This document shows positions 12,615 to 25,126 of a DNA stretch of 64,000 bases, piece by piece (position 1 is the first letter of the stretch; each line of letters starts with the position of its first letter). The position numbers and the translations under genes are program-made. The stretch spans positions 129,704,001 through 129,768,000 of the forward strand of contig OX597815.1 in assembly GCA_951406725.2 (NCBI GenBank), given 5' to 3'. This DNA is from Octopus vulgaris (lineage: Eukaryota). The notes under the pieces are model-generated. The model did not search any database. It had not been told where the DNA came from and saw nothing but the letters and a program-made list of their open reading frames with translations.

Positions 12615-13270
12615 CATCATCATCATTGTTTAACATCTGTTTTCCGTACTAGCACGGGTTGGACGGTTCGACTGGGGTCTGGGAAGCCAGGAGGCTGCAC
12701 CAGGCTCCAGTCTGATCTGACAGTGTTTCTACAGCTGGATGCCCTTCCTAGCGCCAACCACTCCGTGAGTGTAGTGGGTGCTTTTTACATGCCAGGGGAG
12801 GCTGGCAGTGGCCACGATCGGTTGGTGCTTTTTATGTGCCACCAGCACAGAAGTCAAGGTGGTGCTGGCATCGGCCACATTTGGATGGTGCTTTTTACGT
12901 GCCACCAGCACAGGTATCACAACGACAATTTCCATTTGATATTTATTTTGATGTTGATGTTCTTGACTCAATAGGTCTCCTCAAGCACAGTAGGTCACGT
13001 GCCACCGGCACAGAAGCCAGTCAAGGCGGCACTGGCATCGCCCATGTTCAGATGGTGCTTTTTACGTGCCACCAGCACAGGTATCACAACTACAATTTCC
13101 ATTTGATTTTTATTTTGATGTTGATGTACTTGACTCAATAGGTCTCCTCAAGTACAGCAGATGTTCGGCAATCCAAGATACTTTGGATGGGCTGGGGCTA
13201 TGCGAAACCGGTGCAGGAAGCAGCCATGACTCACGTTATTTGCCGGGTCTTTGCTGTCACAGCCCATGTT
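12615..13270 (-). mobile_element. RTE LINE 3' UTR fragment with internal duplication
   Basis: (gat)n tail and ggttggcgctaggaagggcatccagctgtag on the minus strand; homologous to 19302-19830. The block 12880-12990 is repeated at 13050-13158. Confidence 0.78.
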
Positions 13271-13470
13271 TCACTACCGTGAACCATAGCAGTTTGCACA
13301 CATGCATCGTACAATCTACCTTTCACTCTGAGCGAGAGACTCTTTGTCACCTGTAGGGGTAGGAGCTTTCTAAATTTTGCCCAGGCTATTCATATTATAG
13401 TGGTGACACTCTCTGATCATCCACCTTCCACTAATAACTTGGTCACCTAGGTAGCAGAAACTATATATAA

Positions 13471-13503
<33 letters not shown>

Positions 13504-16500
13504 AATGCATATGATGAGCTTCTTTCAGTTTCCATTTACCAAATCTACTCACAAGGCTTTGGTTGAACCCATGCAGTAGGACTGAACCCGGAATCAGGTG
13601 GTTGGTAAGCAAGCTACTTATCACACAGCCACTCCTGCACTTGTATATATATCTCACAGGTGCATGTGTCTTTGTGTTTGAGCTTGTTCCCTATCGCCAT
13701 TTCACTACCATGTTGGTTTGCTTAGGGGTACAGCAAAAGAGATACTGATAGTAGTATCAGACTAAAAAAAAATTAGATAAGTATAAGGGTTGATTGGTTT
13801 GACTAAATCATTCAAAGCACTGCTCCAGCATGGCTGGAGTAGAATAACTGAAACAAGTAAAAGATATGTTCCTTAAGCCTCACATTGATCTCAACAGATA
13901 AACCTAATCTTTTGATTCAATCAATATTATTTTAATTCAGCTTTCTTGAGATGTTTGTCACACGTGTACATTGAGCAGACAGGAATAAACGTGTTCTTAC
14001 TAATAACTATTCCAGTTTTGTTTCAGACAAGCTTTTAAATAATGTGTCATTCTTTTTTAAGTTTTGAGGGAGATTTGGTTGCCATTGATAGCAGGTCGAG
14101 CAACTACATAGAAGCTCATTCGTTTGTTTCCTGCTTTTCGGTGGGGAGGGTGCAGGGGAGAGGGGTTTGTGCCTTGTTATATTAGTGTGTAAAGAATTAC
14201 CAAGATAGTAAATACTCCAGTTTCCATTTAAGGTTAAACAATTTAAACAAGATACAAGTGAACATGGATATTAAGGAACTTAATTAAAATAACATATTCA
14301 TATTGAAACTGTTATGATTTTTGGACAACAACAGGTGAGGGAAGAGCATGTCTGTGTTTTGTGTGCAATCTTTCTGTGTGTTCCTTTATCATTCTTCTAC
14401 GTAATTTTTTTTTTATCTGTGTGTGTGTGTGTGTGTGTAATATGTTGAAACTTCATGGGAGGTACAAATGTAAATCCAAAGAATGATATTTGTTGTGTTA
14501 TTCAGGATAGAACAAGCTCATACAAAGAATAAAGAAATCGATGTGTGAGAGAGAGAAAGGGAGGGGAGAGTTGTGAATTTCTGTTTTAATTTATTAAGGG
14601 CTATAAAGTTAGAGATTCATTGATCTAAACTGAAAGACAGAGATATTAATGTAATGTTATCAAATAAATAAAAAATCCCAGAACAAATAAGAAACACAAA
14701 GAACTATTAACAATAAAATCTGCCCAGTTACCTAAGATCAATATTCTCTTTATTTAATAGAATCGATATTTATTCCTTTTGACTGTGGAAGATGAGAATT
14801 TTTTGCAGAAGCAAAGCTGTATAGTTATTTGGATCAACCACAATATATGGTTGGTAATTATCTCATTCCATTTCATTTATTTTCCTTTCATCCATCTGGT
14901 GTGGAATATAAGGTAGCAACTAATCCTGGTTGTTCATTGAAATAAAAATAAAGAGGAATGAAACTTGATATTGTTTCAGCCAACTCAATATCTTTTAGGC
15001 AATATTTACAATATAATTTTTTTACCACACATAAGAACCTTTCTTTGACTATGCTGGCATACTCAGCATTATACAAGTGCTGCATTCCTGCAAATTTGCC
15101 ATAATATGGAATTCATTCTCATCATTATCATCGTTTAACATCTGTTTTCCATGCTGGCATGGGTTGGATGATTTGACTGGTGACTGGCAAGCCAGGAGGC
15201 CGCACCAGGCTTCAATCTAATCTGGCAAGGTTTCTCCAGCAAGATGCCCTTCCTAATGCCAACCACTCAGAGTGTAGTGGGTGCTTTTTATGTGTCACCA
15301 GCATGGGAGCCAGTCAGGCGGCACTGGCATCGGCCACATTCGGATGGTGCCTTTTATGTGCTACCGGCACAGGAGCAACTCAGAGAGGAGGGACTGGCAT
15401 TGACCATGTTCAGATGGTGCGTTTTACACGCCACAGGCATGGGGAGCCAGTCAGGTAGCACTGGCAATGACCCATGCGTATATTTATATATGAGAAAGGA
15501 TCTTTGGATGCTGGGCTTCACTACGGAAATGATAAGGGATCACATTGTTATAATGTCCAATTTTCTAGGCTTGCATGGGTTGGATAGAATTTTTGTAAAG
15601 GCAGATTTTCTATGGCTGCATGCTTTTGTTGTCAACCCTCACCTTTTTCCAAGTAAGATAATAATTCTCTAAGACTAGGCATGTTTCATGGAAGATTGGA
15701 AATGAAGGATACTGACACAATGTTAAGGCAAGGAAACAGTAACATATGCACACACAATAATTTCTTTCAGCTTCTATGTACCAAATCCATTCACATGGCT
15801 TTGGTTGGCCTAGGGCTGTAGTAGATGACATTTGCTCAAGGAACCACGTGGTTGGGAAGCAAACTTTTTACCACACAGCCACATCTGTAATGTAAGACCT
15901 ATTTTCAGTTGATTTCCATGTTAGATAGAAGTAAGTAAGAAATACATTAGTGATATAGAATTTCACATTAGAGGCAGGATTTTCAGGACGGCAATACTTT
16001 CATAAAGTTGGTGGCACCTATATCAGGCTTGCATACTTCTAGGAATTGAAACTGATAAATTTTAGGTGTGTACCAGTACCATGTAAAGAGTACCAAGTAC
16101 ATTCTGTAAAGTGGTTGGTGTTAGGAAGGGCATCCAGTCATAGAAACGTCATCAAAGCAGACAATGGTGCCTGACACAGTCCTCTGGCTTTCCAGGTCCT
16201 GTCTAACCATCCAACCCATTCCAGCATAAAATATGAACATCAAATGGTGGTGAGGATATTTAAGTGGGGAATTTGATGAGAGCCGAGTCATTTAAGGGTT
16301 GTTTTACTAAAAATAAACTGGTACTGCCAGTTACGACAATAAGAGTTCCAGTTGATTCAATCAACAGAGCAGTCTGCTTATGAAATTAACATCCAAGTGG
16401 CTGAGCACTCCACAGACATTCATACACTTAATGTAGTTCGTATGGAGATTCAGAGTGATACAGAATGTGACAAGGTTGGCTTTTTGAAATAGAAGTGAAA

Positions 16501-16794
16501 CCTATTTCTGCTAGCTGAGTGAACTGGAGCAATGTGAAATAAAGTGTCTCGCTCAAGGACATAATGTGCTACCGAGTATCAAACTCACCTTACAATCTGG
16601 AGTTGAATACCTTAACCACTTAATCATGTACCTTCACTATAATCAGTTAAATAAGTTTTATTTTAATGGATAGAACCAAATGCTTTAGTTTGCCATTGAG
16701 GGTGTGAAGAAAGTGCAGTTTGTATCTTGTCATTCACATTGGACAGTGTCTCTTGTAAAGACACAAACTTGCAGAAAGAATCAAATCAATATTC

Positions 16795-17378
16795 TTTACT
16801 TCTCTAGACACAAGGCCTGAAATATTTTGGGGAGGGGCCAGTCAATTAGATTGACCCCCAGTATGCAACTAGTACTTAATTTATTGACCCCAAAAGGATG
16901 AAAAGCAAAGTTGACCTCGGCAGAATTTGAACTCAGAATGTAAAGACAGATGAAATACCTGTTTCTTTATTACCCACAAGGGGCTAAACACAGAGGGGGA
17001 CAAACGAGGACAGACATAGGTATTAAGTCGATTACATCGACCCCAGTGTGTAACTGGTACTTAATTTATTGACCCCAAAAGGATGAAAAGCAAAGTTGAC
17101 CTCGGCAGAATTTGAACTCAGAATGTAAAGACAGTTGAAATACCTATTTCTTTATTACCCACAAGGGGCTAAACACAGAGGGGGACAAACGAGGACAGAC
17201 ATAGGTATTAAGTCGATTACATCGACCCCAGTGTGTAACTGGTACTTAATTTATCGACCCCGAAAGGATGAAAGGCAAAGTCTACCTCAGCGGAATTTGA
17301 ACTCACAACGTAACGACAGACAAAATACCGCTAAGCATTTCACCTGGCGTGTTAACGTTTCTGCCAGCTTGCAGCCTT
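16795..17378 (-). repeat. SINE family B with a 185-bp tandem duplication
   Basis: tacttaattta.tgacccc starts at 16873, 17058 and 17243. The first two units are nearly identical. Confidence 0.85.
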
Positions 17379-18962
17379 AATGATCAATATTGATTTCTTT
17401 ATTTTTTTTGTGGTTGCATAATTTATTCTAGTTAGCTTTTTAATGATACCCACATTAAATATGTAAACACAAACTGATGTGTTTTCATGTCGATGACCTC
17501 TATTCCCTGTTAATATATTTACATTCTGGAGGCCAACAAAAGTGTACATTATTGTGCATTTACTCATTCTCTCATTATGTCTCTGGCAAGTATGGAGGTG
17601 AGTTGATAGTCATTAGAGGGTTGAAATTAGAAAATGTCTTGTGATAGTTGCTTCAGCTCTCTGCACTCTGGGGTCATTTTTGCCTTTTATCCTTTCAGAG
17701 TCTATAAATAACCTACTCTTTGTAATGCAAGCAATCCTTCCATGGCTTTTCTTTCTCTCTCTCTTTCTAGAAGAAATTGGCTGTGTTTAGAGCTGGAGAA
17801 GAATAGGCTCTGCCAGATATAAAATGCCAAGATGCAGCATGTCACAATGACACCTTTACTATGAGAAGCTGAGGGTTCAAGGAATGAAAGACTTTGGCAT
17901 GCATAACGAAATCTTTACTCAGCTGAAGAGGTCTAATAACACTGAAACATGTGTGGAGTTGATTCAATCAATAACTAACATTGTGTTTACTTCAATACAC
18001 TATTTTTTTGTTAGCTACCTTTGTGAAACTCTCAGCATTACATATGTTCACAATAAGTTAACTATTATTTCAAAGTCAGTTTGTTATTGTGAATAGCAAG
18101 AGCACTGTATAATGAAGAAGTATTTTGTTAACTTGCAGTATTCATATTAGGCTTATAAGAAGATGGATTTTATGCAGATTAAAGCCATTACCAGTGGAAT
18201 GATGGGTTAAGTACTCAGTCCATATTTTCATCATCATCACTTAACATCCGTTTTCCATGCTGGCATGGGTTGGATAGTTTGACTGAGGTCTGAAGAGCCA
18301 GCGGCTGCACCAGGCTCCAATCTAGTCTGGCAGAGTTTCTACAGTTGGATGCCCTTCCTAATGCCAACCACTCCAAGAGTGTAATGGGTGCTTTTAACAT
18401 GCCACCGGCACAGGAGCCAGTAAGGCGGGCTTGGTAACGATCACAATCAGATGGTGCTTTCTACATGCTACCAGCACAGGAGCCAGTCTGGGGGTACTGG
18501 CATGGAACATGTTTGGATGGTGCATTTTACATGCCACCGGAACAGGAGCCAATCAAGGGGTACTGGCATCAGTCACAATTGGTTGATGCTTTGATAGTTT
18601 CAAAAAAGTAAAACTTTAATACATTATAAAATATAGTTTAACTATAAACTTCTAATGCTGTTATCATCATCTTTTAGTGTCCATATTCCATGCTGGTATG
18701 GGCCAGACTCCAATGTCTGGTTTGGAAATTTTCTACAGCTGGATGCCCTTCCTAATACCAAACACTTTACAGAGTGTAGAGGGTGCTTTTTTTTTTCCAT
18801 GGTCTCCATGTAATTTACAAGACAAAATTCCCTGAAAGAGTTGGGTGTAGTATTGAGGAAGAAGGTGTTTTGCCAAGTGTTCAGTGGCTAAAGTATGAAA
18901 GAAATGATTAAAATTTAAGAATCAATACAACAGTAATTAAGGTAAAATAAAAAGTTTTTCAC

Positions 18963-19108
18963 CTATATATTCTGGATATATTAAGGATTAGGTCCCCATC
19001 ATCCAAATTAAGCTCCATAGCTGTACTCAAAGCTGGAATAAGCTCACATGCGAGAAGTCGCTGTCGGCTGCTGCTAGCATCTACTAAATTCCGTAGACAT
19101 GCAGTTAA
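18963..19108 (-). CDS. ARMC2: ARMC2 coding exon 11
   Basis: LTACLRNLVDASSSRQRLLACELIPALSTAMELNLDDGDLILNISRIY, an ARM repeat with TA.LRNLVD. Acceptor aatag, donor gtgaaa. Confidence 0.93.
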
Positions 19109-19301
19109 CTATTTATATAAAAAAAAGAAAAAAAGTGCAGGTAAATTATTAAAAATAAACAAAAATGAAACAAATACAACAGTTTATCAATATATTTCTT
19201 CTATGAAACAATACAAAAAAAATGTAATAGAGAATATAATTGATTCACATTACTAAGATATATCACTGGTAGCTAAATTATACATGTGGGTATATACGTA
19301 T

Positions 19302-20047
19302 CATCATCATCATTGTTCAGTGTCCGTTTTCCATGCTAGCATGGGTTGGATGGTTCAATTGGGGTCTGGGAAGCCAGGAGGCTGCACCAGGCTCCAGTCT
19401 GATCTGGCAGTGTTTCTACAGCTGGATGCCAACCATTCCGAGAGTGTTGTGGGTGCTTTTTACGTGCCACCGGCACAGGGGCCAGAGGAGGCTGGCAATG
19501 TCCACAATTGGTTGATGCTTTTTACGTGCCACTGGCACGGACGCCAGTTAAGGTGGCGCTGGTATCGGCCACGTTCAGGTGGTGTTTTTTAGTTGCCACT
19601 GGCACGAGTATCACAACTACAATTTCCATTTGATTTTTATTTTGATGTGAATGTACTTGACTTAATAGGTCTCCTCAAGCACAGCAGGTCGCCCCAAGAT
19701 CCAAGGTAAGCACAGAAGGCCATCCTGTGATCCAAGGTAGTTTGAATGGGCTGGGGCTGGTTGTGTGAAGCTGGTGTAGGATACAGCCTTGAACTCCCTT
19801 TATTTGTCGGGTCTTCGCAGTCACAGCATATCTCCAGAGATCTCAGTCTTTTGTCATTGCCTCTCTGAGGCCCAATGTTTGAAGGTCATGCTTGAGCACC
19901 TCATCCCATGTCTTCCTGGGTCTACCTCTACCCCGGATTCCTTCAACTGTTTGGGAGTGGCACTTCTTCACACATCTTTCCTCATCCATCCTTAGTACAT
20001 GACCATACCAGCGCAAACGTCTCTCCTGCACACCACATCCGATGCTT
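19302..20047 (-). mobile_element. 5'-truncated RTE-clade LINE
   Basis: ORF QERRLRWYGHVLRMDEERCVKK...GIRGRGRPRKTWDE is the RTE ORF C-terminus. It is followed by a 3' UTR and a (gat)n tail. Confidence 0.9.
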
Positions 20048-21513
20048 TTATATAGATGTAAATCATATACAAAGCTGTGGGATTAAGAAGCTTGCTTTGC
20101 CACCATGCAGTTTCAGACAAGTGTCTTCTACTATAACTTTGAACCAACCAAAGCCTTATGAGTGAATCTGGTGGTAGACAGAAACTGAAAGAAGCTGGCG
20201 GTGAGTGTGTGTGTTCCCACTTTGTCTTGACATTGCATGGCAGCTGTAAATGAGCATCATTGTTATACAGGTGGCATTGTTGGTCTCTAATCTTCTATGT
20301 AAACGCCTGGCCATGAGGAAATATCTTATTTTGAAACACGTGAGGGTTGGTGACAGGATGGGCATCCAACTGTAAAAAAATCTGCCTTAGCAAACACCAT
20401 CTCACCCATGCAAGCATGGAAATGTGGATATTAGAATTATATCCACCAAGAATCATGGACTACTAAATGTAGTCCTATGTACCCACCAAAAATCATGGAT
20501 GGTCATGGCTGGAATGTTTGATCCTAAGCCTACTCACTAACAACTGATTTGGGACTGGACAACAATACATAAAATAATTTCTTTTGATCAGTCAAAATAA
20601 AGTAGTCACAAAGTGGATTTTCTATACAGGAAGACTGCAAAGCAATGCCCAAAATAAATATATTTATTACAGAATATCAGAGAAAGACTTCACTGTTGCA
20701 GATTTTTTTCACTTTGTCATGTTTGCTTTTCAAGTTAGCTTTGGTGGATGGGTCTTATTTTTCTTTTTTGTGAGCTTTTACTTTTACCAAAACAGCAGAA
20801 GTATGACGATGAAAATTGATTTTGTTATTTATTGTATGCAAGACTGAAGCCATATTTCTATATTTCAATCAATACACACACATACAGACACAACTATATT
20901 GATCTTATTGATACATCATCATCATTTTATATCCATTTTTCAAAGTCAGAATAAATAAAACAAGTCTGATCCATCATAATGTCACGATACATTTAACAGT
21001 CCATCATCACATAATACACACAATAGAGAAGACCAACAATCTTTGTTGTAGTAGTATATATTATGGTTTATTTAAATATATGATGGCTGTCCACTTGTGA
21101 CCAAGGAAGACCATCACTGACTATTGTCCATGCAATGCCTGTGCATGAAGTTATTGCACTTGGAGTTGGCTTCACCCAGATCGCACACACACACACAGAC
21201 ACACACACGCAAGCACACACACATTATACTGGTGTATATACATAAATATATAAAATATAGTTCTTCTGTATCACCACATGCACATCAATAGATTAATCTT
21301 TATTGATAAATTGTTACACACACAGGACACATTAATAAAATGTAATATACTCCACTGGTAGGAGTAAACAGCCATACACACACACACACACACACATGCA
21401 AACAGAGATGAGTGCATACATACTTATATCATCATCATTTAACATCCATATTCCATGTTGGCACACACACACACACACATACATATTAGTAAACAAATTA
21501 TAATACACTTCAC

Positions 21514-21567
21514 CTGTATTAGTAAATGTCCAAGTTGTTCTTTATTGGCACTGGGTACAGATGGATC
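21514..21567 (-). CDS. ARMC2: ARMC2 coding exon 10
   Basis: DPSVPSANKEQLGHLLIQ (GHLL.Q motif). 54 nt, phase 0 to 0; acceptor ttcag, donor gtgaag. Confidence 0.88.
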
Positions 21568-22247
21568 CTGAAAATAGCAACATTATTATTGATGAAGCAA
21601 AAATCTAGTTAAATTGGACAGTTATGTTTATTTTTTTCAATTAAAATTAATAACATACACACAAGTATTTACTGAGACAAAAATCAATAAAATGAATTAA
21701 CTGCATTCTTTAATCTTCTTCAATGCATCTCTGGTTAGAGAAGTACATTTATCAATTATTCCTCAGCCATCACTACACAAAACGTATGGAAGGTAGGATG
21801 CATCAAATGCACACACCCACAAATACACATTATAAAAAATACATCTCTCTTACCAAATGTCACCAAAAAAAGATCCAATAACCAAGGTATACTTGGTTAC
21901 TTCCTCATCTGTTACTGACAAAATAACCTCCACATTGTCCCCTGACCAGCTAGAAACTGCTGTCAACTCCCTTAAATAACATTATACCAATCTTAATAAA
22001 GACACAAAAAACAAAGTAATGTAAGATGTACAAAATGTTGGGATGGCCACAAGTAGTATGCTTTTGGTGTAAATTGTGCTTAGCCAAAGCTGACCTGGGG
22101 TTAAACATCAGCATCAATGACTGGTGTTACTCCTTCTCCACCTTAACCCTATGGCAGCATTTTCTTTTCTTCATTCCTGGTTCCCACTGAGGATAACAAA
22201 CAAACACACTACCAATTCCTTTTTCCTACAAGTACATCCCTCTAAAG

Positions 22248-22817
22248 CAGTGATTCCCAACCATTTTTTGCCTATATACCCCTTTGATTCCATTTTATTC
22301 TACTGGACCTCAATAGCCATTTGATGTTTTAAAAAATGCTATCATCATCATCGTTTAACGCCCTCCATGCTAGCATGGGTGAGATGGTTCCACAAGAGCT
22401 GGCCAGGCTGAAGTCTGTGCCAGACTTCTGTGACTGTTTTAACAAGATTTTTACAGCTGGATTCCCTTCCTGACACCAACCACTCAGCAGAATGGATTTA
22501 GTGCTTTTTACATGGCACAAGCACAGGTGAGGTGAGGAGTGCTTTTTATGTGGGACAAGCACAGGCGAAGTCAGTTTTGGCATGGTTTTTACAGCTGGAT
22601 ACCCTTCCGAACACCAACTACTTTACAGTGTGAACTGGGTGGTTTTAAGTGGCACCTGCACTGACAGGGTCAGATATTATTAGGAATTATATTTAAAAAA
22701 AATGTTAAAATATATTTTGTGTATTGTAGAAGTATAACCAATTTATTGCACAAAATCTCAAATTAAGGGTCTTATGGACTCCCCAAGGGTCATATGAACC
22801 CTGGTTGAGAATGACTG
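22248..22817. mobile_element. hAT (Charlie-like) MITE with a nested RTE-tail SINE
   Basis: TIRs cagtgattcccaacc / ggttgagaatgactg (13/15 match). Nested repeat at about 22340-22675. No TSD is recognisable. Confidence 0.65.
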
Positions 22818-23449
22818 ATCAACAACTCCCAACTAATTCATCCATCCAACTACCAAATTTCAATAATTACCAGTTTTATTCCTCGTTGTTCCATGTATCC
22901 CAATTTAGGAGAGCCTATGAAGACTATGAGGGGCAGTGAGCTGGCAGAGCCCTTATCACGTTGGACAAAATGCTTAGTGGAATTTCTTTCAGTTCTGACT
23001 CCAAATCTAGCTGAACCCAACTTTGCCTTTTATCCCCTTAGGGGCAATAAAATATAGTACCAGTCAAGTACTGGGATTGGTGTTATTGACTTGCTGGCCT
23101 TGAACCTTACAATGAACTAGTGTCCCATTCAGGGATGAATGTTGTGATCTTGGTCCTTTTATACCATGGAAACCAAGTAACTAGCCTTATGTGTCCAAGG
23201 GCTCAAAAGAAATATGAAGACTATGAGCAAACTTCCACTTCCACAGTTAGAATGATAAAATAAAAAGAAACCAGATTAGGTATGTACTATTGAATATATT
23301 TATAGAAGCATGGATATGATGAAGGAGAAGGGCCTCCATCAGTCAAGGCTGAACACTATTTGAAATAGATTTTTTAAATTGAGAGATAAAGCTAAGACCA
23401 TCAGCATTTGGTGCTCTCAGCTCTATCTCTCAACTTAGTTTGAATGAGC

Positions 23450-23800
23450 TGTGGTATGTCCAAGTGGCAATGACAGAATGAGTTGTTGTGTTGGTGCCCC
23501 TTGAAATATGCTCTATAGAACCTATACTGTTTGTTGATGTAATGCAGGTAGAGACATCAGCCTGATATATGTTTAATTTTTTCACTATTTGCCCTTTAAA
23601 GAGCAGACCTCCATTCAGCAACTGCAGGTCAGCTTCTTTCATTCAACATCTGGATGCAATATTTTCACATTTGGCTCTTTATGACACCAGACATTTTACA
23701 TGCACTGATCCTAGGTTAACATTGTTTCTGGAATTTATGGATGTTGCAGTTAAGGATAGACTTGCACTTAAACCATCATTGTACAATAAGCCAGCATGTA
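23450..23800 (+). mobile_element. Possible highly degraded Penelope-like RT fragment
   Basis: HFTCTDPRLTLFLEFMDVAVKDRLALKPSLYNKPA resembles the PLE FT......L.FLD.......T.LY.KP block. Confidence 0.35.
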
Positions 23801-24467
23801 TATATATATCTCCACCACAAAGGTTAGTCCTAGTTGTGGTGTGGTGGCTTGCAGTTTTGTGACCCTCAGAACTATATGAGCTGAGTGCAAGCTCCTGATA
23901 GGGCATCTCATGCTGGACAGGTCAAAGGACAGAGTCCAGACTAATTTGGACCACCACTTTCAAAGGTAAAAATGGGTTAGTGTTGGTCTAACACCTCTAT
24001 CAAGAAAAGTACAAAGTTACAGAAGCATGGATGATTATTCAAACAAGACTTGGGAGAAGAAAGGAAGCCTAGAATCAAGAAATGTGGAGAAAAGTTGTTG
24101 ATGGCCTATGCTCCATAGGGAACAGAGGTAGGTAGGTAGGTAGGTATATATATATATATACATACACCTATCTATGTTTCACTTCCCTTGTACCACTCCC
24201 CATCTCAGTTGAGGGATCTTTGTCTTGCAATTTACTTGGTGACCTCACTAGTGCTTGTGCCACATAAAAAGCACCTATTTCACTTTGTAAAATGGTTGGC
24301 ATTAGGAAGCAAAACTCATGCCAAAGTGGACAATGGAGCATGGCACAGTCCTCTAGTTTATCAGCACCTGTCAAATTATCCAACACATACCAGCATGAAA
24401 GACGAATGTTGGATAATGATGCTAGATGATATATATGTATGTATGTATGTATATATATATATATATA

Positions 24468-25126
24468 CTAGCAGTATCGCCCGGCGTTGCTCGGGTTTGT
24501 AAGGGAAATAACTATATAGGCATTTTTAGAGAGTTATAGCCAAAAAATAGCAAAAAATGCATTAAAAAGGAATAAAAAATGATGGTAATTTTTTTTTTAA
24601 ATCGTTGACTCATCGTAGACATTTTTAGAGAGTTACTTCCCTTATATAATAGCGAAAAAATGCACTAAAATGGAAAAATTGATGGTAAATTTTTTTTTAA
24701 ATCGTAGACACAACTTCACTTTTATATATTGTTTTGGTGTCTTCAAGCCATGAAGTCGTTGTTCTAAAAGAACGCTGGTCTCCTTGACAATGCTTTACGA
24801 CGTTGATTTCCTTACACTCCCTTCCCCACAGCTTCACGAGGGAGGGAAGAAGGGCCGAAGCAACACAGGTGTGAGCGTGGACGCCAACTCCGCCGCCATC
24901 GACACACGAAAAAATATGCATTAAAATGGAATAAAAAATGATGTTAAATTATTTTTAAAATCGTAGACTCATCGTAGATGCGCGCTAATAGCCAGACGGG
25001 CTCGATATGAATCACGACTATAAGATACCCAAATTTGGTTAAACTGCACCGCAAAATGTGGGAGTAGTTAGGAATCTAAATCGAAGGGGGCAGACACTCA
25101 CACAACTACAGTTTTATATATTTAGA
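24468..25126 (-). mobile_element. Young non-autonomous Helitron
   Basis: The minus strand begins A|TC and ends with the hairpin cccgagcaacgccggg, 8 nt, then CTAG|T. It is inserted in a (TA)n tract without a TSD and retains its CpGs. Confidence 0.88.

Noticed and set aside
16853-17260. Regularly spaced repeats superficially like a CRISPR array
   Set aside because: The 185-bp units are duplicated whole with no unique spacers, derive from a SINE and lie in a eukaryotic intron.
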